Origin: Mobula hypostoma
Lineage: Eukaryota
NCBI RefSeq assembly: GCF_963921235.1
Contig: NC_086117.1
Coordinates: 25,298,001 to 25,362,000 of the forward strand
Reading direction: 5' to 3'
DNA length: 64,000 nucleotides
Positions 36,899 through 49,510 of the stretch are shown one piece after another; within the stretch, counting starts at the first letter, position 1; each line of letters starts with the position of its first letter. The position numbers were made by a program, and so were the translations under genes. The notes below the pieces were generated by a model that was given only the letters and a program-made list of their open reading frames with translations, was not told the DNA's origin and made no database searches.

Positions 36899-39800
36899 GT
36901 CTGGAGCACCCTCCACCTCTTTCACAGCCAGTGAGTGGTGCAACGGTGCCTGCGGCTACACAGACATCGGGAGAGAGCTGTGGAAGATGAAAGCGTAATG
37001 CAAACCAGTCTCAATTACAAGGATGCCATATTTTTACTATTTACAGTCTATCAAATGAAATTATATACTTAAGTATCTTTCATCACAGGAGGAGGTAATT
37101 TGGCCTATGGTTTATGTAACAGCGTACCAATTAACTGTCTTAAAGCTTTCCTTTCCGTGGGCTGGTCTATGCACTGTCCTGATAATTATTTTTAAACTTG
37201 GAAATTTATGAGTGAATTGTGTTGCAACATTTTACTGTTTTAAGCTTTCCTTTTTTTAAAAACTGGATTGACACTCTTTCATTTACAATTGGAATAGCTT
37301 CAAACAATTCGTTAAACTATAAACGAAGTTACAGGTTACACGTGCTGTGCGTCACCCAACAACACGACAGGCAACCTGTACTTTTGAGAGATACTGCTAG
37401 CCATGCTGCAACTGCACTCCTTATAAACCAGAGAGGATTAGGCACGATCTAGCAGAACTGTTCAAAGTTATGAAGGGTTTGAGCAGGTAAATAAAAAGCA
37501 ACTTCTTCCATTAACAGGTACGTGGCCCAGCAACTGGAGGTGCAGATTTCAGATAACAGATAAACAGATCGGGTGATGAGATTTATAAACCAAAATTCGT
37601 AGTAGTATTTAATGGAAAGCTGAATGAATACATAAGGGGAAAAAGAATAAACAATCATGATAATAGCTTTTCAATATAAGAGAATGTATACAAGGTACAA
37701 CTTGAAATTCTTACTCTTCACAGACATCCACAAAAAAACAGAAGAGAACCCCAAAGAATGAATGACAGAAAAATGTTACAACCCCATTTGAAAATGAATA
37801 TGGGAGAAGGTTTGTGTGGTGCCATTTGTCCCATTTCTTTCTTGGTCATTCTATGAATTGTTAAGCACTTAAACAGTCTGGAAACAAGTGGTTTGCTGGC
37901 CTTTATTGCAAGATTTGATGACACGGGTCGAGATGTCTTACTTCAATTACAGCAGAGCCCTGGTTTGGCTGTCTCCAGAATACATTTCTGGTCTTCCTAC
38001 CTGAGAAAAGATTTATTTACTATACAGGAATTCATCAGATTGATTCCTTTGTTGTACAAGAAAATATTACACAGGGTCTTTTACCCCCAAGTTTATAAAA
38101 ACAAGTGGCAATCTTACTGAAACATATAGGACCTCCCCCACCCCCCCCCACACACACACAACAGGTTATGAACACCTGACTTATGTGCAGCCTTTACATG
38201 TTTACGAGCATTTGGGAGTTTGTTGGGATTGATTTGCCAGTTGCTACGGAGCTGCAGGCGTTTTCTGCCACTTGGGAACTCAAATCCCATCAGATTTCCC
38301 ACTTCCATCTGTCAGGGTTATGAACAGTTCACAGAAACAGAATCCTTACACAAACATTTTCAGAGATCAGTGGAGTACATAACAGGAAGCTAAGGATCAC
38401 CACCTAAAGATATGGCCATTCAGGGCAGAGACAAGAACACATATGAATTCACACAAAATGCTGGAGGAATTCAGCAGGTCTGGCAACATCTATGGAGAGG
38501 AATACACAGTTGACATTTAGGGTTGGGACCCTTCATCATGAGTGCTGATGAAGGCTCTTGGTCCGAAATGTTGACTGTTTTTTTTCCTCTCCATTGATGC
38601 TGCCTAACCTTCTGAGTTCTTCTGGTATTTTGTGTGTGTCGCTTTCCAGCATCTGCAGAATGTCTTGTGATTAAAAGTTAAGGAGAAACTTCTTTACCCA
38701 GAGAGTAGTGAACCTTTGGAATTCTCTGCCCAAGACTACCATGAATTCTCAGTTACTCAGTATATTCAAGACAGATTAAAGGAATCAAAGAACACAACAC
38801 AGAAAGTGGTGCCAAGGTAAAAGAAATGCCATGATTGTAATAGGCACCATGGACTATGTGATCTACACCTGTTTCTATTTCTATGTTGCCTATCATTAAG
38901 ATTCATTATACCACCATAGTAAGAACCAAAACAGCTATTCAGAATCTCCAAATCACCAATGAAATAAATAATTGGATTTTTTTTGAGATGTCTAAATTGG
39001 AATTAATATTGTCCAGTTCCTGTCCTGAACTTACCAATTCTTCAAATCTAATACATTTGTCTGGTAGGGTGGTATAAACCTTCACCAGAAAAGCATATTT
39101 CCAATAATGTAGCATTCTTGATGGTGTGTTTACAGAGCGAGCCTCAATTGCCCAATGGAATTCACAACTTCCTCCTTTAAGGGTAAACTCTCTGAATAAA
39201 AAATGACAATCGCTGAATATCGCTCGGTACTCAAGCAATTGCATGCACCTACCCACAGGACAGGGCTCTGCATTTAACCAATCAAGACACAGCATTCAGG
39301 CTCCAGTTAATTATGTACATGGCTTTTCACTCAGCTAATCATGGACAAGCCCTTCACCCAACCAATGAGAGACAGGGGTCTGTATCCTGTCAACTGTGGA
39401 TAAAGGCATCACACCCAATCAAAGCAAAAACCTAAACTATCAGAGGATTTCAGTGGATCAAGCAGCATCAGTGGATAGAAAGGAATAGTTGATGTTTTGG
39501 TTTGACCCAAGACAACAACTATCTCTTTGGCCCACAGATGCTACTTGACCCACTGAGTTCCACTAGCGATTTTTTTTGTTCCAGTTTACAGCATCTGCAG
39601 TTTCTTGTGTCTCCATACCAACCAAGGATTATATTGGACTGGGTCATGCGCAATTGATTGTGACGAAAGAGGGTCTCGTAGTTAATCAAATTTCAGCAAT
39701 GATTCTGTACCTACCAATCACTGTCAAAGATCCAAGCAATATTTTTTGCATAGCTAATTCCTTGTTTGAATGGCTTTTCGCTGCAGGAAAATCTAGGAGG

Positions 39801-40084
39801 TGGGAGTAGATTGGTTGTAAGTTAGCTACTGATGGCTTAGATTTCCCACATTACCTCTCTCTCTTCTCTAACTAGGCTTGCATTATTCATTGTCTCAAAG
39901 GCTCAACCTACATAATCACGAAATTATTCCCCATCAATTTTTGGACCCCATACACAAGCAACCAACATCTCCCCCTCTCAGTCATGACCCAAGATCTCAT
40001 CACTACCACAGCAAGCTCACAATTATTTCACTCCCCTTAAGACTTGTAAGCTAAATATCTGTATCTTCTCTTCTCCAACACCTC

Positions 40085-40560
40085 CTCCATCAGACCACCT
40101 CTAACTTTCCCTCCCTCCTCGAACCCTTACTGATTCCTCTCCAGACGATCCCCCGCCCGACTCCCCCCATCCCTACACACCTCCGTCCTGATTCAGCCCC
40201 CAGACCCTCCCCTGCCCCGATTCCTGCTTCAGATTTTCCCCGTCCCGACATCTCCCCTTCAGACCCTCCACTGTCCCAACATCTTTCCGTCAGATCCTCA
40301 CTCTGCCGCGACTCACTTCCCAAACCACCCCCCCGCCCCAATACACCCCGACATCTTCCCCTGCTGTAACTCAGCCCCCAGACCCTCCTCCTGCTCAAAC
40401 CATCCTCCAAGAACCTCCCCCTACCCCGACTCACCCCAGAAGACCCTCCTCTCAGTCCCGGCTCTCTCCCTTCAGGCCATCTTCTTCTCGAACTCCCTCA
40501 GACTGTCCCCTCTGCGCAGACTCCCGATAGGACATTCTTCCTCCCTCGTCTCCCCCGATC
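40085..40560. repeat. Degenerate ~30-bp C-rich minisatellite in ZER1 intron 1
   Basis: CAGA(CCCTCC)-like unit starts at ~40201, 40230, 40260, 40291, 40321, 40379, 40409, 40439 and 40499. Confidence 0.65.
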
Positions 40561-40864
40561 CCCCATCCAACACCCCTCTCCCTCCGCCGCGACTCCCTCA
40601 AACACCCGATTCCCTTTCTGTCGCCCTCCACGAAACCTCACTCCTTGCACAGCAGATCAAACATCTCTCTCTCCCATCGCAGCCCCAACCCCTCGCGCTT
40701 TCTGCCCCTCACTCCGGCACCCACGGCGGCTGACAGGCTCCCACTTCACTCCCAGGCCCCGCTTCGTTCACGATCCTCTGCCACCTCGGTTGTCAGGTTA
40801 CCCGGGGTCTCAGTTTCCGCCACCTCTTATCTCCCATCCCCAGGCGGGTCACAACAACACTCAC

Positions 40865-40960
40865 CTCCACCTCCACCTCCCCCTGCTCCTCCACCGATTT
40901 TTGCTTTTGAAAAATAACCTTCTTTTCATATAGAACTCGCTCTACGGCTTTCAGCAAACT
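40865..40960 (-). other. ZER1: ZER1 putative non-coding exon 1 (5' boundary approximate)
   Basis: Strong minus-strand donor GAG|GTGAGT at 40865/40864, just downstream of tandem CCGGAAGT motifs in a CpG-enriched region. The first coding exon has its own splice acceptor, so an upstream exon is required. Confidence 0.55.
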
Positions 40961-41375
40961 CCAGCTCCACTTCCGGGTCAGCCTGTCAGCCGCGAACTAC
41001 TTCCGGTGTGAAGTCGGTCCGTCCTCCTCAGAGGGGAAACGCAGAGCAAAGCCACAACTTAAAGGCTACGCCGCTAAAGCAACAACAGCTTCAGCTATCT
41101 AATGTCGCATCTGATTCTGTTATTTCTTTGTGTGTGCATATATATGAATGAAATGGATGTGAATCGACCAAAGCATTGCTAATTTAGCCTCAGAGATATC
41201 TCTATATTAGAGGTATTTCCACTCTGAGTAAATCCTTATAAATGCCGAATTTACACAATCGACTATTCTTCGGTGGAGAGAATTAATTAATTTCGTCGGT
41301 ATTACTCTTGTCGGACTTTAATATTAACGGGACAGGTTTCCGGTAGAGTTGCCGGTTGGGAATTAGGAAGTCAAC
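40960..41375. promoter_or_regulatory. Putative bidirectional promoter ZER1/TBC1D13
   Basis: ACTTCCGG at 40969-40976 and 40999-41006, TTTCCGGT near 41337-41344 and AGGAAGT near 41365. Local CpG enrichment between the divergent first exons. Confidence 0.65.
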
Positions 41376-41398
41376 ATGTCGACTCTGTACAGGAACAG
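41376..41398 (+). CDS. TBC1D13: TBC1D13 exon 1 (coding part)
   Basis: aacATG TCG ACT CTG TAC AGG AAC AG|GTGAGG = MSTLYRNR (cf. human MSSLHKSR). Phase matches the next exon. Confidence 0.88.
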
Positions 41399-43399
41399 GT
41401 GAGGAGCTGATAATGGAAGTAGGTCTGTGAATGACGGATCTTTGGTTGAACACGTACAGGGCTGCGAGCTGTCCTGAAAGACTCCATGAACTGCTGAGGC
41501 TCTTCCAGGGTAGGGCGACGAGACAAACTCAGAGCACTTGGAGGAACTGAATGGTCTACAGGCCAGCAGTTATGCTCTAGCTGAGTCCGTGGTCAGCAGT
41601 TTAACTCAATCTTGCCCGTATCTTCACTTCAGTATGTTAAAATCTATAGGGAAGCACCCCCGCCCCTTCCAGGATGTGTCATATTTTTCATCTTTAAATT
41701 TATAGTGTCTTGTGAAACTTGAACATTAGCTTTCTGTTCCCTAAATGACTTAAAACGCTTATCTTTGCTACAAGTGCTGACCAAATCTATTTTCAGATTT
41801 CCAGCTTGCATTCCGGTATGCTGTTCTCAGTTTGCAGCCGGTCAAATTTTTCAACGTAGTGGTTGGACGTTTGTAAAATGTGAAATCCAGGATTCTCAGT
41901 TGACAGAATTTCGAAAGAACAGTTACAAAAGACAGAATTGCACACAGTTCTATTGTTCTATGCTTGTGCTTATGTTCCGTGTAGGCCATCACCCACCTGC
42001 TACTCGTTATAACATTGTACTTATTTATTTCTCAAATTTGTGTTTATCTAGCTATTCTTTAAATGCTTAAGTGCTACTCAGTGAAATTACCATTTGTATT
42101 ATGGACAGTGTTCTATACGATTTTAGTTAATAAAGTATCTTCACATTTTAAGTAATTAATAATTAAGTTTATTATTCTCAATTCTAGAAATAATTTGTGT
42201 TTTAATTAACGTACCTCACTACTTTTGATATTTTGTGTATCAGTACTACAAATCCTTATGCAACTCTCCAGATTTAAATATTTGTGTTGAAGGAATGTGC
42301 AGATATTCATTTTTCCCAATAAAATGTAAACTTGTGTGTTTCCAGCATTTCTGTTTTTATTTTAAAATGCAATTAAGGCAGCATCTGTGAAAAGAGATGA
42401 ATGTTTCAGGTCAAAGACCTGTCCCCAGCATTTTCTCTTTCTGTTTCAGATTTCTAGTGTCATTCTCTATGTAATAATTCAGTTAAATTATTTTCAACAA
42501 ACAAATAATCTGCTGAAGCTGTAAATGTGTTCTGTGCTGACCTCTTGCACCTCCAGTCTTTTAGCAACTCCTGCTTTCCTCTAATTCTCCCCTTTCTGCA
42601 CACCTCTATATTTTATTGGCTGGTAGCTTGTGTTTCAGTTTTCTAGTCCAAGGTCTAGAATTCTCTTACAGGCTGCTGTATGCTTCTACCTCTTCCCTTT
42701 TAAGGCATTCTTAATGACCCTATCTCTACCTTAGTCTGCTCGCTAATATCTCTTTGGTTAGCTTTTGAAATCCTATCTGATTATACTGCCATGAAGCATG
42801 AACTTTAAAACCAGATTATAGATGTTACTTGAATGTCCATTGCTCCATCTTTATTTTACATGGGACGAATAGAGCTGTGAAGGCTGTCATATTTACATTT
42901 TATCTCCACTGGGATATCTTATGATTGTCATTGTTGGGTAATATGATTGATAAACTGGTTTAAATAATTTTAGGGATACAAGTCCAATAATCTGCACACT
43001 CAGTGCTTTAGTAATCCAGGACTGGGTTATTTTCTGGGCTGTTGCATGTACCTCTAATTCATATTCTAATACACTTAAAATGTAACTTTTTATAGATGTT
43101 ATACAACAGAATAATTATTAGACAATGGTATAATGTCTCTTGTGAATCTGGCAAATTGAAAGAGAGCACAGGAAACTGAGCCAGATGCTGAATCACTAAG
43201 ATTTCCAAACTATTACATAGTGGATTGTTGGGGGGTTACTGTAATTATCTTCTAATTAAATTCCAGGTAGCCATTAGATTTATGAAGTCAGTTTATTTAA
43301 TCTTGCAGTTTTACCTCTTTCTTAATTTGGATTCAGTTTAGGTTTGTCAGGATTCTATAAAAATTGTCATCTACCACCTTTAGATAAACATTAATTTTA

Positions 43400-44030
43400 G
43401 CTCTGCAGTTCAACATCAGTAAAGTAAAGGAGATGGTGATGGACTTTAGGAAGACCAAGCCTCCCTGTTGCTATTGATGGTGTGGATGTGGTGAGGACCT
43501 ACAAGTACATAGGGGTGCACCTGAGTGGAGCACCAACATGGAGGCTGTGTACAAGAAGGGCCAGATTTGCCTCTACTTCCTGAGGAGACTGAGGTCCTTT
43601 GGAGTATGCAGACCTCTCCTTCGCGTGTTTTACCAGTCTGTTGTCATCAGTACAATCTTCTATGCAGTGGAACTCTGGGGCAATGGCATCAACACGGGTG
43701 ATGCCAACGGGCTCAATAGAAAGGCTGGCTCTGTTGTAGGAGTCAGACTGGACACAGCGGAGGCTGTGGTAGAACAAAGGACCCTACGGAAAATCCTGGC
43801 AATTCTGAACAATGCTTCTCACCCTCTGCAGCACAGTTGTCTTAGTCTATTACTGAAAGTGCTAATGAGTCAACCTATAGCCAGGAAAGTGATGACGCCC
43901 CTCCTGTTAGATTGTCTGTGGTAATTTATTTTTTATTCTTTCTACTTCTCTTATTTATATCTGTGCACTTGCAATGCTACTGTAACATTGTAATTTTCTT
44001 TGGGATCAATCAAGTATCTATCTATCTATA
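43400..44030 (+). mobile_element. Rex/Babar-like LINE 3' fragment
   Basis: EAVYKKGQICLYFLRRLRSFGVC and a (TATC)n tail. Confidence 0.85.
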
Positions 44031-44147
44031 GTCTTTCTCCACCAGAAAGCTTTCAATCTTGGTTTTAATTTTTCATTTGACCTGCCATTCTACTGCAAAT
44101 CCATAATTTCAACAATCAGGACTGATTTTTTTTTGTTATTTTATATT

Positions 44148-44790
44148 ATTTACGAATGGATTAGAATGAATGAGTATAGGAGTTGGGATGTAATGTTGAG
44201 ATTGTATAAGGCATTGGTAAGGCCAAATTTGGAGTATTGTGTACAGTCCTGGTCACCGAATTATAGGAAAGGTGTCAATAAAATTGAGAGAGTACAGAGG
44301 AGATTTACTAGAATGTTGCCTGGGTTTCATCTCCTAAGTTACAGAGAAAGGTTGAACAAGTTGGGCCTTTATTCTTCGGAGCATAGAAGGTTGAGGGGGG
44401 ACTTGATAGAGGTATTTAAAATTATGAGGGGGATAGATAGGTTAGATAGGGTTGACGTGGATAGGCTTTTTCCATTGAGAGTGGGGGAGATTCAAACGAG
44501 GACATGAGTTGAGAGTTAAAGGGCAAAAGTTTAGGGGTAACGTGAGGGGGAACTTCTTTACTCAGAGAGTGGTAACTGCGTGGAACGAGCTTCCAGCAGA
44601 AGTGGTTGAGGCAGGTTCGATGTTGTCATTTAAAGTTAAATTGGACAACTATATGGACAGGAAAGGAATGGAGGGTTATGGGCTGAGTGCAGGTTGGTGG
44701 GACTAGGTGAGAGTAAGAGTTCGGCACGGACTAGAAGGCCGAGATGGCCTGTTTCCGTGCTGTAATTATTACAGTATATGGTTATATGGT
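44148..44790 (+). mobile_element. CR1 LINE 3' fragment
   Basis: EYRSWDVMLRLYKALVRPNLEYCVQSWSP...FFTQRVVTAWNELP and a (TATATGGT)n-like tail. Confidence 0.88.
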
Positions 44791-45578
44791 TATAGATCTC
44801 ATTTAAGGTATGGTTACTTGTCATAGAGACTCTTACCCGAGAAAAGTTTTACTGTAACTGCTGTTAAATTTCATTGATCCTGTTATAGTTACTATTCTAT
44901 AGATTTGCTGAGTATGCCCACAGGAAAATGAATCTCAGGGTTGTATATGGTGACATATATGTACTTTGAACTTTGAACATTGAAAAGAAATGATGGTAGG
45001 AAATAAATGCATTTGGGCAGTCTGTGCAATGTAGCAAGGGATATCAAGATGCTTCATACAAGTGTACATTAGACAAACATTGACACCTGGTCATGGGGAG
45101 ACATTAGTGCTGACTAAAAGTTTGGCCAAAAGTTTTGAGAGGCTTTTTAGGCAGGCAAAGGGATGGAAGAGTTTCAGGAGAACTTGGAGTTTGGGACCAA
45201 GCTGTAAATGAAGAACTGATAAAAGATGGGGATGAGCAAGATATTAACCCAAGATCTCAATGCCGTGTTGCCGTGCAGGGCTTGAAGAAATTATAGTGAA
45301 ATTTCAAAAACGTACCTGTAAAATAACTTACAATTGAACTTGCCAATATGTCGTTAAGAACATTGATGAATATATTTGTATATTGTAAATTTTTGTGCGC
45401 AGGTTTGGTATTCATTCGTTACTTTTCATATGTGATACAATTAACATTTATAACATTGGTGAAAAATGCATCTGATCATCCAGATGTTAGTGGATCTTAA
45501 TTACAAATGAATCATTGTGCAAGTAATGCTGTTCTGTTTGAATGGCCCTTTACTTATGGACCAGTTTTCTTTCAATAG

Positions 45579-45652
45579 GATTGAAGAATTCAGGATTGCT
45601 TTAAATGAACCAAAGATCAGCCTCACAAAACTTCAGGAGCTCTGTTTCAGTG
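45579..45652 (+). CDS. TBC1D13: TBC1D13 exon 2
   Basis: IEEFRIALNEPKISLTKLQELCFS(G), 74 nt, AG/GT flanks. Confidence 0.93.
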
Positions 45653-47052
45653 GTAAGGAGAATGGTGCAAAATTTCAATATGAGATTCTGGAGAATGGTG
45701 GTAAGATGTCTGTGAAAATATGTGTTGTGTCTGCTGAAGATATATATCTGACATAGCTAACTGGTTTTTCACTTTTTAAAAAAAATGCCACTCTTTGTAC
45801 AATTAGGGATATAATTCACATTCTCTGTCCCTAGTTGTATCAAGCATGACATTTATCTACCAATTTTGGTCAATATGCTTAATGCCAATGTAGAGATATT
45901 CAGGTATCACTTCTTAACCAACACTTTCAAAGTATCACACTCTCTTTGCTTGATCATCATGAAATGACCTGGTCAGGGTCTGGTGGTTTTTGTTAGTTGC
46001 CATGGTAACCTTTCCACAATTCCTCAAGAGGCCCTCTGTTTTTTTTCTTGCGATCTCTTAATTAACTATTCATCACCTACATTTACTCAACGTAAAAAAA
46101 AATACATCGTTGTCGTCTAATATTACTACTATATGCCCCACATCAGTAGGTATGCATTTTAATTTATGTCACTGGTTATTATCGATACAGCCATACAGAC
46201 AGTTCTGGATTTATCCCTGCTACCATAGAGACCGTCCTGGGACTAACTATGCTATATCTAAATACTTTACTATAAAGCTACCAAGGTCTTCTGACTTCCT
46301 GCAATGATGGGTTTTCTTTCAGATGCCATTTCATTGGCTGCATGCACCTTACTCGCAAAATACCAGAGAATTGTATTCACTCCTGATTTCCGGTGCTGTC
46401 CGCAAAGAATTTGCATGTTTTGCCCCGACTGTGTGGATTTCATCCAGGTGTTCTGCGTTCCTACCATATCCCAAAGATAATGTGGGTTAGTAAGCTAATG
46501 GTGCATTGCCCTGGTGTGTGGGTGGCAGATTCTGAGGAGTTGACTAGAAATTGGGCAAATAAGAGACTACAAGGGTCTCTGCAGAAGCTGCAAGTCTTGA
46601 AAATGCACACAGAATACTGGAGGAACTCAGCAAGTCAATAGGATCTATACAGGGGAATAAACAGTTGTTGTTTCAGGCCAAGACCCATCATGAGGAATCA
46701 AAAGGAAGGGGGCAGAAAGGTGGCTGGGGGAGGGAGAGGAGTACAAACTGGCAGGTGATAGGTGAGACTAAGTGATGGAGAAGCTGGGTGGGGATAATGT
46801 GAGAATCTGGGAGGTGATGGGTAGGAGTAAAGAGCTGAAGAAGGAGGAAGCTGATGGGAAAGGACAGTGGAAGGAGGTGGGGAATTGAGAGAGGTGATGG
46901 TCATGTCATGAGGGTGGGGGAGGAGAAAGGGTGAGAGCCACCATAATGGGAGGGGAAAAACAGACAAAGGAGGGGGGCAGAGAGGAGTGGTTACTGGAAG
47001 AGGAAGGTAAAACTAGAATTAATGTAGGTTGAGTGTAAATATGTGGCTGATA

Positions 47053-47650
47053 GTTGGCCTGTCCCCTAAAACCCTCACTAATTTTTATAGATGCACCGTA
47101 GAAAGCATTCTTCTAGGGTGCATCACAACCTGGTATGGAAGTTGTCCTGTCCAAGACCGAAAGAAGCTGCAGAAGATCGTGAACACGGCGCAGCACATCA
47201 TACAAACCAATCTTCCGTCCTTGGACTCACTTTACACCGCACGCTGTCGGAGCAGTGCTGCCAGGATAAATCAAGGACACAACCCACCCAGCCAACGCAC
47301 TTTTCGTCCCTCTTCCCTCTGGGAGAAGGCTCAGGAGCTTGAAGACTCGTACGGCCAGATTTGGGAACAGCTTCTTTCCAACTGTGATAAGACTGCTGAA
47401 CGGATCCTGACCCGGATCTGGGCCGTTCCCTCCAAATATCTGGACCTGCCTCTCGGTTTTTTTTTGCACTACCTTACTTCCCATTTTTCTATTTTCTATT
47501 TGTGATTTATAATTTAAATTTTTAATATTTACCAACTTTATTTTAAATATTTTTGATATTTAATATTTGTAATCCAGGGAGTGCGAAGCACAGAATCAAA
47601 TATCGCTGTGATGATTATATGTTCTAGTACCAATTGTTTGGCAAGTATAA
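47053..47650 (+). mobile_element. Rex/Babar-like LINE 3' fragment
   Basis: GLSPKTLTNFYRCTVESILLGCITTWYGSC...RKKLQKIVNTAQHII. Confidence 0.88.
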
Positions 47651-47789
47651 GGTATGGGCTTGCTGAGCAAAGGTCCCATTTCCATGCTGTGTTTCCCTAT
47701 GACTACAATTATAGGAGTATGTGCTCTTTCTCTTTTGTGCTTCACAATGGTGCTGAGTCACATCTGAGCTTTTTACCTGCTTCTCACAG

Positions 47790-47830
47790 GAATTCCATTT
47801 GAAGGAGGGCTGCGCTCACTTTGCTGGAAG
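47790..47830 (+). CDS. TBC1D13: TBC1D13 exon 3
   Basis: (G)IPFEGGLRSLCWK, 41 nt, donor GTAAGT. Confidence 0.93.
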
Positions 47831-48820
47831 GTAAGTTTGCATTTAAGAGAATTCGGGTTGCCAACACTGGATGTGTTCCTTGAATTTTTGTCACATGAAT
47901 CTTGCACGCAATTGCTCTGCCTAGTCATTTGCTATCTCGCACACTTTTTAATGACTTGTAAACAGAGGTATTCAGAAAAATTGGGGAGTTTCCAGTACTA
48001 TCAACACCAAGAACATAGAGGGACTTTTTGCTCTGAAGCCATTTGTGCATGCTGGGTTTGTGAAAGGGTAATTTGAAAACAAATTTTTCAAGATTTGTCT
48101 GTTGGAAATATAGAAACTGTTGTTAGTGAGGCTGAGATTCAACAGTCTGCCCAAACAATTAAAATATGGTCCTGCCTATATATCTCTGTCAGAGTGTCCA
48201 CTGAAATATCCTTTTAAAAATTACAATGTTTATGTAATATAAATATGGTATAATTTTAAAGGGGGTGTACAAAACAGACAAAGGGTTTGCATCTAAAACC
48301 TACCTCTATAACCATGGCTTTGGTCAAATGACTTAATGTCTTTTGTTTTATCAGATGCTTGGATAATACTGGTGTAAACTCCCTGAATCAGTTTGCCAGA
48401 TTAAACATGTTATACAACTGCAAATTGTTGCCCGTAGTTCTTTATGATCATGAAAGTGTTTGACTTATAGGATGGGGCACTGCCTAAACAGGAGCGGACC
48501 AAACTCCAGCTAGTTAGGTAACACTGACACCTAGATAGAAAATGGGGAATGTCTGTACCACACAGTGGCTAAATTGTGGGACAAAAGTGAAGGGAATAAC
48601 ACAAGTATAATTAAGAGAAAGTTTGGTAATTACATGAAAAGGGAAGAAATATTGATGGTTTTACATAAGGTAGAAGAAGGAGACTCAAATGGAGCATAAT
48701 TAATGCCAGTGGCTCAAAGAACCACAAGATCTGTTTCCCTGTTCTAAACAATATAAAAATTCGCCCTTGTTGTATTTTGTTAGTTGTTCCTTAATTCATA
48801 AATATTTTGTCTCCACTTAG

Positions 48821-48882
48821 ATCCTCCTCAATTATCTTCCCATAGAGCAGACCCAGTGGAGCTCCTCCTTGAAGAAACAAAG
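48821..48882 (+). CDS. TBC1D13: TBC1D13 exon 4
   Basis: ILLNYLPIEQTQWSSSLKKQ(R), 62 nt. Confidence 0.93.
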
Positions 48883-49042
48883 GTAAAGAAGTGCTTATGA
48901 AAAGTCAAAGCAAAAACTGCAGATGCTAGAACACTTAAAATAAAAATAGAAATGGCCATTTGTGGGGAGGGAAACAGAGCCAATGTTTCAGGTTGGTGAT
49001 GTAGTCTGTCATGCTGAGTGTTTCCAGGATTTTTCACTTTTA

Positions 49043-49510
49043 CAGTACTGTATTTGTCAACATGAAGCGTACAGTAAGTTTGTAAATCTGGTGGGAGCAA
49101 AGGATGTTGGGAATGGCAAGGGTGGAGCGCTGTGGGAGGGGTGTGGGACAAGTGGCAGAGGAGTGCCATGGGTGGTGGGTGCGCGAGTGCAGACACACCG
49201 AGCCCTGAGACAGTAGGCAAGGTCATTTGATTCAAGACAATTGGTTTAATGAATGTCCCTCTAGTGCTTCCTGCTCCTTGCCACCTCCCTTCCTCTTTTC
49301 GTAACTATGATTCCCCTCTTCCTGCCCCCTTCCCACACGCAGTCCACAATAGAGACCCATATCAGAATCAGATTTACCATCTCTCACATATGTCATGATT
49401 TTTTTCTTGCGGCAGCAGTACAGTGCAATACATAAAATTACTACAGTTCCGTCCAGAAGTCTGAGGCATCCTAGCTATGTATAGCTGCCTAAGACGTTTG
49501 CACAGTGCTG
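49043..49510 (-). mobile_element. Second copy of the TA-flanked MITE-like element
   Basis: TA|CAGTACTG...CAGTGCTG|TA. Collinear in reverse with 1915-2339. Confidence 0.75.

Noticed and set aside
40090..40917. G/R-rich and P/S-rich ORFs near the promoter
   Set aside because: By-products of the C-rich low-complexity tract.
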